A stretch of 45,654 bases of DNA, from positions 1 to 45,654 of the forward strand of contig JAUYPR010000055.1 in the NCBI GenBank assembly GCA_030695785.1, written 5' to 3'. The number at the start of each line of letters is the position of its first letter. The stretch's first letter is position 1. Source of the DNA: a bacterium. Its GTDB lineage: Bacteria; Patescibacteriota; Microgenomatia; JAUYPR01. Positions 19,411-26,816 of this stretch are shown here, one piece after another. A model generated the notes under the pieces. The model was given only the letters and a program-made list of their open reading frames with translations. It ran no database searches and was not told the origin of the DNA. The position numbers and the translations under genes were made by a program.

Positions 19411-19686
19411 TTATCGCTGTAACTCCTGCTGTACACGCTCGGCTAAAAATATCTTCATAAGCGACTGATACGGAACATCACGACCATTCGCTAACTGCTT
19501 CAGCCGTACAAGAAGATGGCTGGGAAGACGGATCGAGATGGTCTCGGTCGATGGTCGTAGGTTTGGAAATGTGACCGGTTCGGCCTTATCCCAATCAAAA
19601 TATTCCGACGTGTCTGCGGTCGCCCAAAACGTCCGTTCCTCGTCTTCAGTGTTGAATTTTGGAATTTTCTTGAATTTCTTTTTCAT
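19411..19686 (-). CDS. BrnA/CopG-like antitoxin
   Basis: IPKFNTEDEERTFW..ISIRLP..RDVPYQSLMKIFL. Confidence 0.88.
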   Translation of the reverse strand: MKKKFKKIPKFNTEDEERTFWATADTSEYFDWDKAEPVTFPNLRPSTETISIRLPSHLLVRLKQLANGRDVPYQSLMKIFLAERVQQELQR

Positions 19687-19966
19687 ATCGCCTCCTTTCT
19701 TTCTTATGCATGTCTCGAGCAGAAATAATTCTGATATTTTTTCCTCGAATCGTAAAAATAATAGTCAAGGATCTCCCTAAATCTGTCATCCCCCATAGCA
19801 TAAATCGCGGCTCGGTCAACGAATGCTTGACATCTTCAACAATAAAATTGGGCTCATGAAGAAAAACCTCTTCTGCTTCTCGGCTTGTGACTCCATGGGC
19901 AATAACATTCTTCTCAACATTCCCCTTATCCCATTCAAATTGCAAAACATTGGGCAATGCCGCCAT
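19646..19966 (-). CDS. BrnT-family ribonuclease toxin
   Basis: FEWDKGNVEKN..HGV..EAEEVF..HS..EPRF..IRIISARDM..ERRRYE. Confidence 0.9.
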   Translation of the reverse strand: MAALPNVLQFEWDKGNVEKNVIAHGVTSREAEEVFLHEPNFIVEDVKHSLTEPRFMLWGMTDLGRSLTIIFTIRGKNIRIISARDMHKKERRRYEKEIQENSKIQH

Positions 19967-20035
19967 ATTTAAAGTATATAACCATCATATACAATTGTCA
20001 AGGGCGGTTGTTCATGATAAACTCAAGAAAATCAG

Positions 20036-20572
20036 ATGGACCTGAAGGCTATACTGACTATTCTCCATCTTCTCGGTGTCGTGATCGGTGTGGGGAGCGC
20101 GTATGGAAGTGACCTGACATTCCTGCAAAGTGTCCGCAGTGGAATCATTGATCAATGCGCATTCGTAAGGTTAAAAAGGCTCAGCCGGTTTGTATGGATT
20201 GGACTTGCCATCATCGCGGTTTCTGGCATTGGATTATTTCTTCTTGACCCACATCGCTATCTTGCCTCCTCAAAATTCCTGGCAAAAATGACGGTTGTTG
20301 CCATGCTCGTAGCGAACGGGCTTGTCTTTCACTGGGTCCATCTGCCGCGTCTTGCTGGTAAGACCTGGAGAAATCATCGATCCGCACTTCTTTTGAGCGG
20401 TGTCGTTTCATTCGTTTCCTGGACAAGTGCGATTATTCTTGGATTTTTGCGCGCGGTTCCGCTTGCGTATGGAGAAATCATGGGTATCTACATCGGCGTT
20501 ATTGTAGGTGGAATCTGCATCGGACTTCTCCTCCAACCATTCATCTTCCCGAAGAAAAATGGTGGCTCGTGA
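20036..20572 (+). CDS. Integral membrane protein of unknown function
   Basis: HLLGVVIGVG, SGIGL, KFLAKMTVVAMLVANGLVFH; about 5 TM helices. Confidence 0.75.
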   Translation: MDLKAILTILHLLGVVIGVGSAYGSDLTFLQSVRSGIIDQCAFVRLKRLSRFVWIGLAIIAVSGIGLFLLDPHRYLASSKFLAKMTVVAMLVANGLVFHWVHLPRLAGKTWRNHRSALLLSGVVSFVSWTSAIILGFLRAVPLAYGEIMGIYIGVIVGGICIGLLLQPFIFPKKNGGS

Positions 20573-20589
20573 CTTCGGTTGAGAACTCG

Positions 20590-20673
20590 TGTATTGACAC
20601 ATTCGACTATGCTCAGTGTCAATACTGAGTGAAATCGAAGTATTGACAAAAAAACGTCTGTTTATGCTATAAT
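20590..20673 (+). promoter_or_regulatory. Palindrome followed by promoter for the RRM gene
   Basis: GTATTGACAC...GTGTCAATAC inverted repeat; TTGACA at 20643 and TGcTATAAT at 20665-20673. Confidence 0.6.
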
Positions 20674-20791
20674 ATCTTCTAGTCCACGAACAGTCTCGTG
20701 TCGACAAACCCCTGAGGACAACCCAGGAGAAGTTTCGATCGACCGTCAAGTAGGTGTTTCGTGAGTAAGGTTGTTGAAGGGGGTGAGTGAA

Positions 20792-21070
20792 ATGGCAAAA
20801 AAATTATTCGTTGGTAGTCTTTCTTGGAATACGACTGATCAAACCCTGCGCGATTTCTTCGCACAAGCTGGTACTGTCGCCTCGGCGACGGTTATTACCG
20901 ACCGCATGAGTGGCAAATCTCGCGGATTCGGTTTTGTCGAAATGTCAAATGACGAGGAAGCAGAGAAAGCAAAAGAACTCAACGGCAAACCATTGGATGG
21001 ACGCAACATTTTTGTAAATGAGGCGCGCCCAATGCAACCCCGCGATGATCGCGGCGGTGACATGCGATAA
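20792..21070 (+). CDS. RRM-domain RNA-binding protein
   Basis: KLFVGSLSW (RNP2), KSRGFGFVEM (RNP1), VNEARP; SD-like GGGGGTGA upstream. Confidence 0.95.
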   Translation: MAKKLFVGSLSWNTTDQTLRDFFAQAGTVASATVITDRMSGKSRGFGFVEMSNDEEAEKAKELNGKPLDGRNIFVNEARPMQPRDDRGGDMR

Positions 21071-21371
21071 AACGCATTTATCCGAAGGTTGAGAGAAAAA
21101 CTCCGTTCGCTTTTTGAATGAAATCATGGCAATCGTGGAGATGGTTTTTTGTGGCCTTGAAGGTTTCACAAAGGAGGGGCGGAGTATAGGGCGGCAAATT
21201 CATAATCTAAACTCATCTGAATTCAGGCAGGGTTTCCGGCGGAGACTTTAATGTTATATCAACATCTCTTGTACTTATCTCTATATAAATGCTTTTATAT
21301 CTAATATCATTATTGCATGGATCTGCGGCGGTAGTAGATTTAGCTATAGGGGAATTCTATCACAAAATGAG

Positions 21372-21452
21372 CATAAAAAACCTCAGCGGACCTTGCGGTA
21401 CGAGCTGAGGCGTTTATGGTGTAAATATACTCTATTTACCCTTATGTGTCAA
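21372..21452 (-). ncRNA. Putative short structured RNA or leader with its own promoter
   Basis: TTGACA(21452)-N17-TATATT, then CATAAACG-CCTCAGC-..GTACC-GCAA-GGTCC-GCTGAGG-TTTTTTATG; no ORF follows. Confidence 0.4.
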
Positions 21453-21542
21453 GCCATGCCACAATCCCAAAAAAAACTAACCTCAAAATCCATATCTACG
21501 TTTCATTCATCAAAACATTCTCATTCAAGTTTTTCTTTGCTT

Positions 21543-21596
21543 GCCCTGAGTTTATTTACCCTGAGTTGAATCGAATGGGTCGAAGGGGCGGCAAAT
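21543..21596. repeat. REP-like palindromic element abutting a GGGGCGGCAAAT motif
   Basis: GCCCTGAG...CCCTGAG..TCGAATGGG..TCGAAGGGGC nested structure. Confidence 0.6.
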
Positions 21597-21643
21597 CTTC
21601 GCTGTATGCCATAATTTTTTAGAACTGTTTTTTGCGTATGTTT

Positions 21644-21829
21644 TTAGGCAGCTTCAAACCTTGCCTTATTTTCAACCATCCACTTCTCCATATCCTCTTT
21701 AGTCTTACTAGAGTCATCCATTACTTCAGGATGAGCTTTAACGTAATGAGGCTTAAGTGCATTCATCCATTCCTCGAATGTTTCACCTTGAGCTTCAAGT
21801 TCGCATAGGTCGCATTTAAGAGTTTTCAT
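21644..21829 (-). CDS. Small DUF1059-like Cys/His protein
   Basis: MKTLKCDLCE..GETFEEW..HYVKAHPE; strong SD AGGAGGTGA upstream; AT-rich. Confidence 0.75.
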   Translation of the reverse strand: MKTLKCDLCELEAQGETFEEWMNALKPHYVKAHPEVMDDSSKTKEDMEKWMVENKARFEAA

Positions 21830-21924
21830 AAATATTTTTCACCTCCTTTAAAGCTTAATTATATTATCGACCTTTTATATAATATTATCTAACCAAATCT
21901 TCCATTGGAACACTCGCTGCTCCT

Positions 21925-21961
21925 GCAACGTAAGAAATTTCTTCGAAATTTCTTACGTTGC
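21925..21961. repeat. Perfect 17-bp inverted repeat at the tRNA-Ser(GGA) 3' end
   Basis: GCAACGTAAGAAATTTC-TTC-GAAATTTCTTACGTTGC. Confidence 0.9.
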
Positions 21962-22047
21962 GGAGGAGGTGGGATTCGAACCCACGATACCCTTGCGGGC
22001 ATACACACTTTCCAGGCGTGCGCTCTAGGCCACTAAGCGACTCCTCC
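21961..22047 (-). tRNA. tRNA-Ser(GGA)
   Basis: GGAGGAG/CTCCTCC acceptor stem, loop CT-GGA-AA, long variable arm, GGTTCGAATCC; CCA not encoded. Confidence 0.96.
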
Positions 22048-22061
22048 TGGATTACATTGTA

Positions 22062-22475
22062 TCAAATGACAGGAATTCGATGTTTGACTGAGCGCCAGAG
22101 GTCTTTTTCGGTCTCGAAGGTTAATTTCTCCTCGACTTCCTCCAACAGTACCCACGCGGCGTCTTGCATCTCCCAGGAAAGCTTGAATTCGGTCGTTCGT
22201 GCGCCCATGAGGAAAAAGGTGACCGTTTTGAAATGCTTTTCTCCGTCTTGCGTGTACACGTATCGGACCGACCCCGCCTTGTCAGTAATGCGCGCATCAA
22301 TGCCGGTTTCTTCTCTCACCTCACGGACAGCCGTCTCTTCTGGCTTTTCACCCTTCTCAATATGCCCTTTCGGAAACCCCCATCCTTTGTGGCCGGAGTG
22401 TTGAGAAATAAGAATGGTAGGCGGAGTATCGTCTACGTTCATAACAATCCCGCCAGCGGAAATATGTTGTTGCAT
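22062..22475 (-). CDS. NUDIX hydrolase (Ap4A-hydrolase-like)
   Basis: SAGGIV..WGFPKGHIEKGEKPEETAVREVREETGI. Confidence 0.92.
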   Translation of the reverse strand: MQQHISAGGIVMNVDDTPPTILISQHSGHKGWGFPKGHIEKGEKPEETAVREVREETGIDARITDKAGSVRYVYTQDGEKHFKTVTFFLMGARTTEFKLSWEMQDAAWVLLEEVEEKLTFETEKDLWRSVKHRIPVI

Positions 22476-22897
22476 TAGTGTTTGGTCTCTAATAACTCAA
22501 TCGACCCAACCTGCTTTGCCTTTTGAAAATATGCCCGATCGCACGTCAGGAGCGTTGCGCTTCTGGATTGGGCGAGAACATGATACACCGTATCGTACAC
22601 CGTGGTGTTAAACTGAAACGCCTGGGAAATAGCTTGTCCGCATACTTCCGTTGTCATCTCCTGATAGCTCAGAGGGAGGCGGGAAAAAACTCGATATGCT
22701 GCAAGCGCTTGATCTTGAGTATCCACCGAAAATCGCAGGCCATTTCCAACCTCAACCAAAAGCAAACGAGGAGCAAGTAACTCAACCATACCGGCCTTTT
22801 GTTCTTTGAAAAGACGAGCGATTTTTTGTCCGATCTTTTCATCTTCTTCTTGGATATAACAAATCACCACCGATGCATCAAGCACATACGCTTTCAT
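22475..22897 (-). CDS. VapC-family PIN toxin
   Basis: YVLDASVVI, LLVEVGNGL, TVYDTVYHVLA, LLTCD. Confidence 0.9.
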   Translation of the reverse strand: MKAYVLDASVVICYIQEEDEKIGQKIARLFKEQKAGMVELLAPRLLLVEVGNGLRFSVDTQDQALAAYRVFSRLPLSYQEMTTEVCGQAISQAFQFNTTVYDTVYHVLAQSRSATLLTCDRAYFQKAKQVGSIELLETKH

Positions 22898-23124
22898 TAT
22901 TGTCGTCCTCGGTGAATTGCCTCAAGAATTTCCTTTCGGTTGCGGAAAGGAAACTTCCCACGTAAGGCAAGAAATGCATCGACGGGGTCTTCTGTTTTTT
23001 CTTCAAGAAGTTGTCGTTCCACCGCCTGCGCGATAAAACGGCTCACCCCTCGTCGCCGAACCGACCGTTGAAGACCAGTATAAATATGCGCAGGGAGACT
23101 CACGGTAATACGATATGAATTCAT
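22897..23124 (-). CDS. Ribbon-helix-helix antitoxin (VapB-like)
   Basis: MNSYRITVSLP..GVSRFIAQAVERQL; true start ATG 23124 follows TTGACA-N17-TATGAT. Confidence 0.82.
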   Translation of the reverse strand: MNSYRITVSLPAHIYTGLQRSVRRRGVSRFIAQAVERQLLEEKTEDPVDAFLALRGKFPFRNRKEILEAIHRGRQ

Positions 23125-23208
23125 ACTTATTATCATACTACAAGTATGAATTTCTGTCAATGTTTTTTCCAAAGCAGACTCCTCCCAGTTTGGTATAATG
23201 GTGTTATT

Positions 23209-23283
23209 GCGCCCGTAGTTCAGCCTGGATAGAACGCAAGATTGCGGATCTTGAGGCCGCAGGTTCAAATCCTGCCGGGCGCA
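23209..23283 (+). tRNA. tRNA-Arg(GCG)
   Basis: GCGCCCG/CGGGCGC acceptor stem, CAAGA-TT-GCG-GA-TCTTG anticodon arm, GGTTCAAATCC. Confidence 0.95.
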
Positions 23284-23329
23284 CCGTACACATTCCAGAA
23301 AAGCGCTGCGCGCATTCTGGAATTGTTAC

Positions 23330-23419
23330 GGTGGGATGCGAGAGCGGTTGAATCGGCTGGTTTCGAAAACCATGCGAGGCGAAAGCCTCACGGGGGTTCA
23401 AATCCCTCTCCCACCGCCA
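23330..23419 (+). tRNA. tRNA-Ser(CGA)
   Basis: GGTGGGA/TCCCACC-G-CCA, loop TT-CGA-AA, long variable arm GAGGC-GAAA-GCCTC. Confidence 0.93.
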
Positions 23420-23501
23420 GGTATAATTCTGTACCTGGCTGGCAGGCGCAGACTTGTGCCTGCCGCCGAGTCAAGTTAAATTTGATTCGGGGTAAATAAG
23501 T

Positions 23502-23576
23502 GCGTCTGTAGTTCAGCCTGGATAGAACGTCAGGTTCCGGACCTGAAGGTCGGGGGTTCAAATCCCTCCAGACGCA
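23502..23576 (+). tRNA. tRNA-Arg(CCG)
   Basis: GCGTCTG/CAGACGC acceptor stem, TCAGG-TT-CCG-GA-CCTGA anticodon arm. Confidence 0.95.
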
Positions 23577-23603
23577 CAGTTCATAAGTTTTTGAGGGAGA
23601 TGT

Positions 23604-24134
23604 TTAGCGCTTTTGCGGAGAGGGAGTCTCTAGCGGCAGGAGGGTAGAAATCCAGGTGGCGAATTTATCGAAAAAGGGCTGCTCGGCAATTTCGCGAAAC
23701 GGCAAAAACTTCACCAATGTTTTTTTGACCTCTTCCTCGGATTGCTCGCCCAGGAGTAACACCAGTTCCCGCGGAAAACGCAGCCGCGTTTGGATATACG
23801 CAATCCGAGATCCGTATTTCTCTCCAAACCAAAATGAATGCAGTTCGTTCCAGATATACGCGTGCTGGCCGGAAGAAATGCCTTGCGTGGTCATCTTGTG
23901 CTCGATGGATTCGGGCTGGAAGGTGGCCAACACTGCATAGACAAACACAATCGACAACACCACCGCCATTGGGAGAAAGTCTTGAATCACCATTAACACC
24001 AGGAGGATGAGGAGAACCAGTGCAGCTAAAGAAACAATAAATCGTTTGTTCCATTTCGCGTACGGCCGCGAGGAAGACGACCATGTGAGGAGTGTTTTAA
24101 CCTCGTGGGTCTCTGGATTTTTTTGCTCCCGCAT
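23604..24134 (-). CDS. Two-TM membrane protein with C-terminal PH-like domain (DUF5673-like)
   Basis: LLTWSSSSRP.., 2 TM, TTQGI..YIWNELHSFWF; start at ATG 24134 after TGgTATGAT. Confidence 0.75.
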   Translation of the reverse strand: MREQKNPETHEVKTLLTWSSSSRPYAKWNKRFIVSLAALVLLILLVLMVIQDFLPMAVVLSIVFVYAVLATFQPESIEHKMTTQGISSGQHAYIWNELHSFWFGEKYGSRIAYIQTRLRFPRELVLLLGEQSEEEVKKTLVKFLPFREIAEQPFFDKFATWISTLLPLETPSPQKR

Positions 24135-24141
24135 GGGTACA

Positions 24142-24378
24142 TCATACCAGCCGTTTGTTCCGAAACGCAAATCCTGAGCTGGCTTTTAAGTATTTTTCGA
24201 AAGCGATTGCTTTTCTTTTAGAAGCAAATGCTGCATAAAAAACGAGGGCTGCAGGAAGAAATTTCTTTGTTTGGCTGACCGCTCCATGCTGATGATAATG
24301 TATCCTCTGCCTTAAATTATCAGAGAAACCATGATAGTAACTTCCATCAGAGAGCCTAAGAATGTATACGTAATGCAT
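24142..24378 (-). CDS. Small GIY-YIG endonuclease (UPF0213-like)
   Basis: MHYVYILRLSDGSYYHGFSDNLRQRI..H..TK..AIAFEKYLKASSG. Confidence 0.88.
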   Translation of the reverse strand: MHYVYILRLSDGSYYHGFSDNLRQRIHYHQHGAVSQTKKFLPAALVFYAAFASKRKAIAFEKYLKASSGFAFRNKRLV

Positions 24379-24385
24379 GGGATTT

Positions 24386-24500
24386 GTCCCACTTCGCTGA
24401 AGCTTCGCGGGACACACTTCGCATCAATATACCAAAGATTTACAGTTTACAAACTGTGGCCTGCCACGCGAAGCTCCGAGTGTATACGAGGAGCGAAGTG
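24386..24500. repeat. REP-like palindromes between tmRNA and the GIY-YIG gene
   Basis: GTCCCACTTCGCTGAAGCTTCGCGGGAC and CCACGCGAAGCTCCGAG..GGAGCGAAGTGTGG, sharing CTTCGC/GAAGC cores. Confidence 0.65.
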
Positions 24501-24892
24501 TGGAGATGCCGGTTTTGAACCGGGTCCGAGTCTATCCAGAAACAACGTCTACGCACATAGTCGATCATTTGTGTTTTCCTTCTTTTTGATCCGATCGACA
24601 AGAGAAAAGAAGGTGAGATTGAACATGTTCGGCATGCTAAAGCCAATCGTCTTTAGATACCTACATCCGGTTTTGGTTCCACCGACAGAAAATCACCGAA
24701 TACATCCTCTGTCAATGCCTCGACGTTTACGCAAACGCGTATTCGCGAGGAGCAAAAAGTGCAGCGAGTGCGCCTTTTGCTGTGTCAACGAATGTGTTGA
24801 CTGTTTTGGTTTGACCGATTGTTTTACGAGAGAACGATCATGCTCGGTGCGCGGTTGTTAATGAACGAATCTCGTCGAATCTGTACATCCCC
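24501..24892 (-). ncRNA. ssrA: tmRNA
   Basis: 5' GGGGATG pairs with 3' CATCTCC-A including G3:U70; GATTCGAC after the 5' stem; T-arm CCGG-TTCAAAA-CCGG; internal tag ORF ending EYAFA-TAA (stop 24727-24729); smpB lies nearby. Confidence 0.93.
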
Positions 24893-24975
24893 GAGATAAA
24901 AAAGAATCCTCTGGACTGTACGTCCAGCTGCATCCTAAGATATAGTATACAAAAGAACGCGGTTTTTGTCAACCG

Positions 24976-25689
24976 ATGGACCAACTCAAAACGTTCATTT
25001 TCGACCTTCTCTTCCCCCGCCGCTGTGTAGGATGTTCTTCCTGGGGAATGGTGCTGTGTGCACATTGCCGCGAGTCGTTTCGAGAAACGACTCGCATCTG
25101 CCCAGCGTGTGAACGTCCGTCGATTGACGGTATGACACATCCGGGGTGCCGCAAGAGCACGGGCATCGACGGCTTGGTTGCGGCAGTTGTTTATCAGGAT
25201 GCAGTGCGCGCCGTGGTGCATGCGATGAAATACAAGTGGGTGACGATGCTCGCCCCAATAGTCAGCCAAGAAATGCTCCGAAGGATGCATGCCCACCCGC
25301 TCGAGAAACTTCTTGTATCAAAAAAAGGCGTCTTGATCCCCATTCCCTTGCACAAGAGCCGAGAACGGGCTCGCGGGTTTAACCAAAGCGAAATCATCGC
25401 ACGCCACCTTGGGCAGCTCCTTGCACTTCAGGTAGAGTCGGATATGCTGACACGCGTCCAAGCAACCCCACCTCAAGTTGCACGCAGTGGAAAGGAACGG
25501 CGGGCTGCGATGCACGGAGCATTTGCTGTTCCGCATCCGGATCGTTGCAAAGGAAAAACGGTTCTTCTCGTGGATGACGTGTGGACCACTGGTTCAACCA
25601 TGCGGGAAGCAGGCCGTGTACTCAAACGATCAGGCGCGTTGGAGGTCATTGGCCTTGTGTTTGCACGGTCAGAAGGCCGACTGGTATAA
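24976..25689 (+). CDS. comF: ComF-family competence protein (double zinc ribbon plus PRTase)
   Basis: LFPRRCVGC..CAHC..CPAC, IPIPLHKSRERARGFNQSE, LLVDDVWTTGST. Confidence 0.93.
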   Translation: MDQLKTFIFDLLFPRRCVGCSSWGMVLCAHCRESFRETTRICPACERPSIDGMTHPGCRKSTGIDGLVAAVVYQDAVRAVVHAMKYKWVTMLAPIVSQEMLRRMHAHPLEKLLVSKKGVLIPIPLHKSRERARGFNQSEIIARHLGQLLALQVESDMLTRVQATPPQVARSGKERRAAMHGAFAVPHPDRCKGKTVLLVDDVWTTGSTMREAGRVLKRSGALEVIGLVFARSEGRLV

Positions 25690-25698
25690 TATAAATCG

Positions 25699-25791
25699 GG
25701 TGGGTTGGCTGAGTGGTTTAAAGCGGAGGTTTGCTAAACCTCTGGCGCTCTAAAAGGTGCCGCACAGGTTCGAATCCTGTACCCACCGCCA
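25699..25791 (+). tRNA. tRNA-Ser(GCT)
   Basis: GGTGGGT/ACCCACC-G-CCA, GAGGT-TT-GCT-AA-ACCTC, long variable arm. Confidence 0.95.
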
Positions 25792-25849
25792 CGTAATAAT
25801 TTTGCAAGACAAAATTAAACGTGGCTGGGAAGTCAGACTCCCCGCAAAA

Positions 25850-25935
25850 GGAGGGTTGGCCGAGTGGTTTATGGCGCTGGTCCTGAAAACCAGTGGGTCT
25901 TAAAGCCCTCAGAGGTTCGAATCCTCTACCCTCCG
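25850..25935 (+). tRNA. tRNA-Ser(TGA) with C at position 33
   Basis: GGAGGGT/ACCCTCC-G, CTGGT-CC-TGA-AA-ACCAG, long variable arm. Confidence 0.9.
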
Positions 25936-26018
25936 CCTTCGCTTCGCCGTAGCTTTAGTGACGGCACACGGACGCAGTCCGCTAAGTAGCTTGCATATGA
26001 ATTTGATAAACTAAAATT

Positions 26019-26711
26019 ATGAAAACAGTTGGTATTATTGGCGGACTAGGACCAGAAACAACTTCCGAGTTTTACCTCGATCTTGTTTTTTCGTGCGCCA
26101 AAAAAGACAAAACCGCCAGGCCAGCCATCATTATTTCAAGCGTTCCTCTACCATACCAAATTGAAGAGGACGCAATTTTAACAGGCAAGGGTATAGAACG
26201 ACTCATCCCTTATCTGACACAAGAAGCTCAACGATTAGAAAAAGCGGGGGCGGATTTTATCGTTATGCCTTGTAATTCTCTTCATGTTTTCATTAAAGAA
26301 ATTCGTGCTGCGGTGAGCAATCCTGTTTTAAGTATTGTCGAAGAAGCAGTTAAATTCCTCAAGCGAGAAAAAATGAATAAAGTCGGGATTGTTTCGACTT
26401 CAGCAACGATCAAAAACAAACTATACGAAAATGCATTTGCCGAGAATGATATTGAGTACGTTGCCCCCAATGAACTTCAACAAGCTAAAATGGGCAAGTT
26501 TATCCTCAACCTTGTCGTAGGCCAGCAAAAAAATAGAGACCGTGAAGAACTTATCAGTATTATCAACGACTTCGAAAACAAGGGGTTAGACTGCGTTATT
26601 TTGGCCTGTACAGATTTACAGTTGCTTATTCCGCATCATCCCACGCTAAAAATATTCGATACAATGAAAATATTGTCAGATGCGACTGTTCAAGAAATAA
26701 TTAAGGGTTAA
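26019..26711 (+). CDS. Asp/Glu/amino-acid racemase family protein
   Basis: MKTVGIIGGLGPETT, MPCNSLH, ILACTDL (two catalytic Cys); AT-rich. Confidence 0.9.
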   Translation: MKTVGIIGGLGPETTSEFYLDLVFSCAKKDKTARPAIIISSVPLPYQIEEDAILTGKGIERLIPYLTQEAQRLEKAGADFIVMPCNSLHVFIKEIRAAVSNPVLSIVEEAVKFLKREKMNKVGIVSTSATIKNKLYENAFAENDIEYVAPNELQQAKMGKFILNLVVGQQKNRDREELISIINDFENKGLDCVILACTDLQLLIPHHPTLKIFDTMKILSDATVQEIIKG

Positions 26712-26714
26712 AAG

Positions 26715-26815
26715 AATTTGCCGCCCCTGAAAAACTTACTTGCCCGTCCGAAGCTGAAAGCGTAGGCGGGAAATCGTACTTTTCGCTTCGCCGTAGCCTT
26801 GGCGAAGCCAAGCTT
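26715..26815. repeat. AATTTGCCGCCCC motif plus REP-like palindromes
   Basis: CCCGTCCGAAGCTGAAAGCGTAGGCGGG; TTCGCTTCGCCGTAGC (26782-26797) exactly repeats 25938-25953. Confidence 0.7.
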
Positions 26816-26816
26816 C

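Noticed and set aside
23438..23466. GGCAGGCGCA-GACT-TGTGCCTGCC hairpin between tRNAs as a separate ncRNA
   Set aside because: A short isolated stem; not enough evidence beyond a spacer hairpin or REP-like element.
21958..23499. ORFs 21958..22404, 23204..23401, 23242..23499 and the N-terminal extension of 22897..23268
   Set aside because: They overlap tRNA genes and are translation artefacts.
24331..24861. 176-aa and 68-aa ORFs
   Set aside because: They overlap the tmRNA gene and its flanking palindromes.
25850..25935. Selenocysteine or suppressor tRNA
   Set aside because: The anticodon reads TGA (decodes UCA, Ser), not TCA; acceptor stem is a normal 7 bp.
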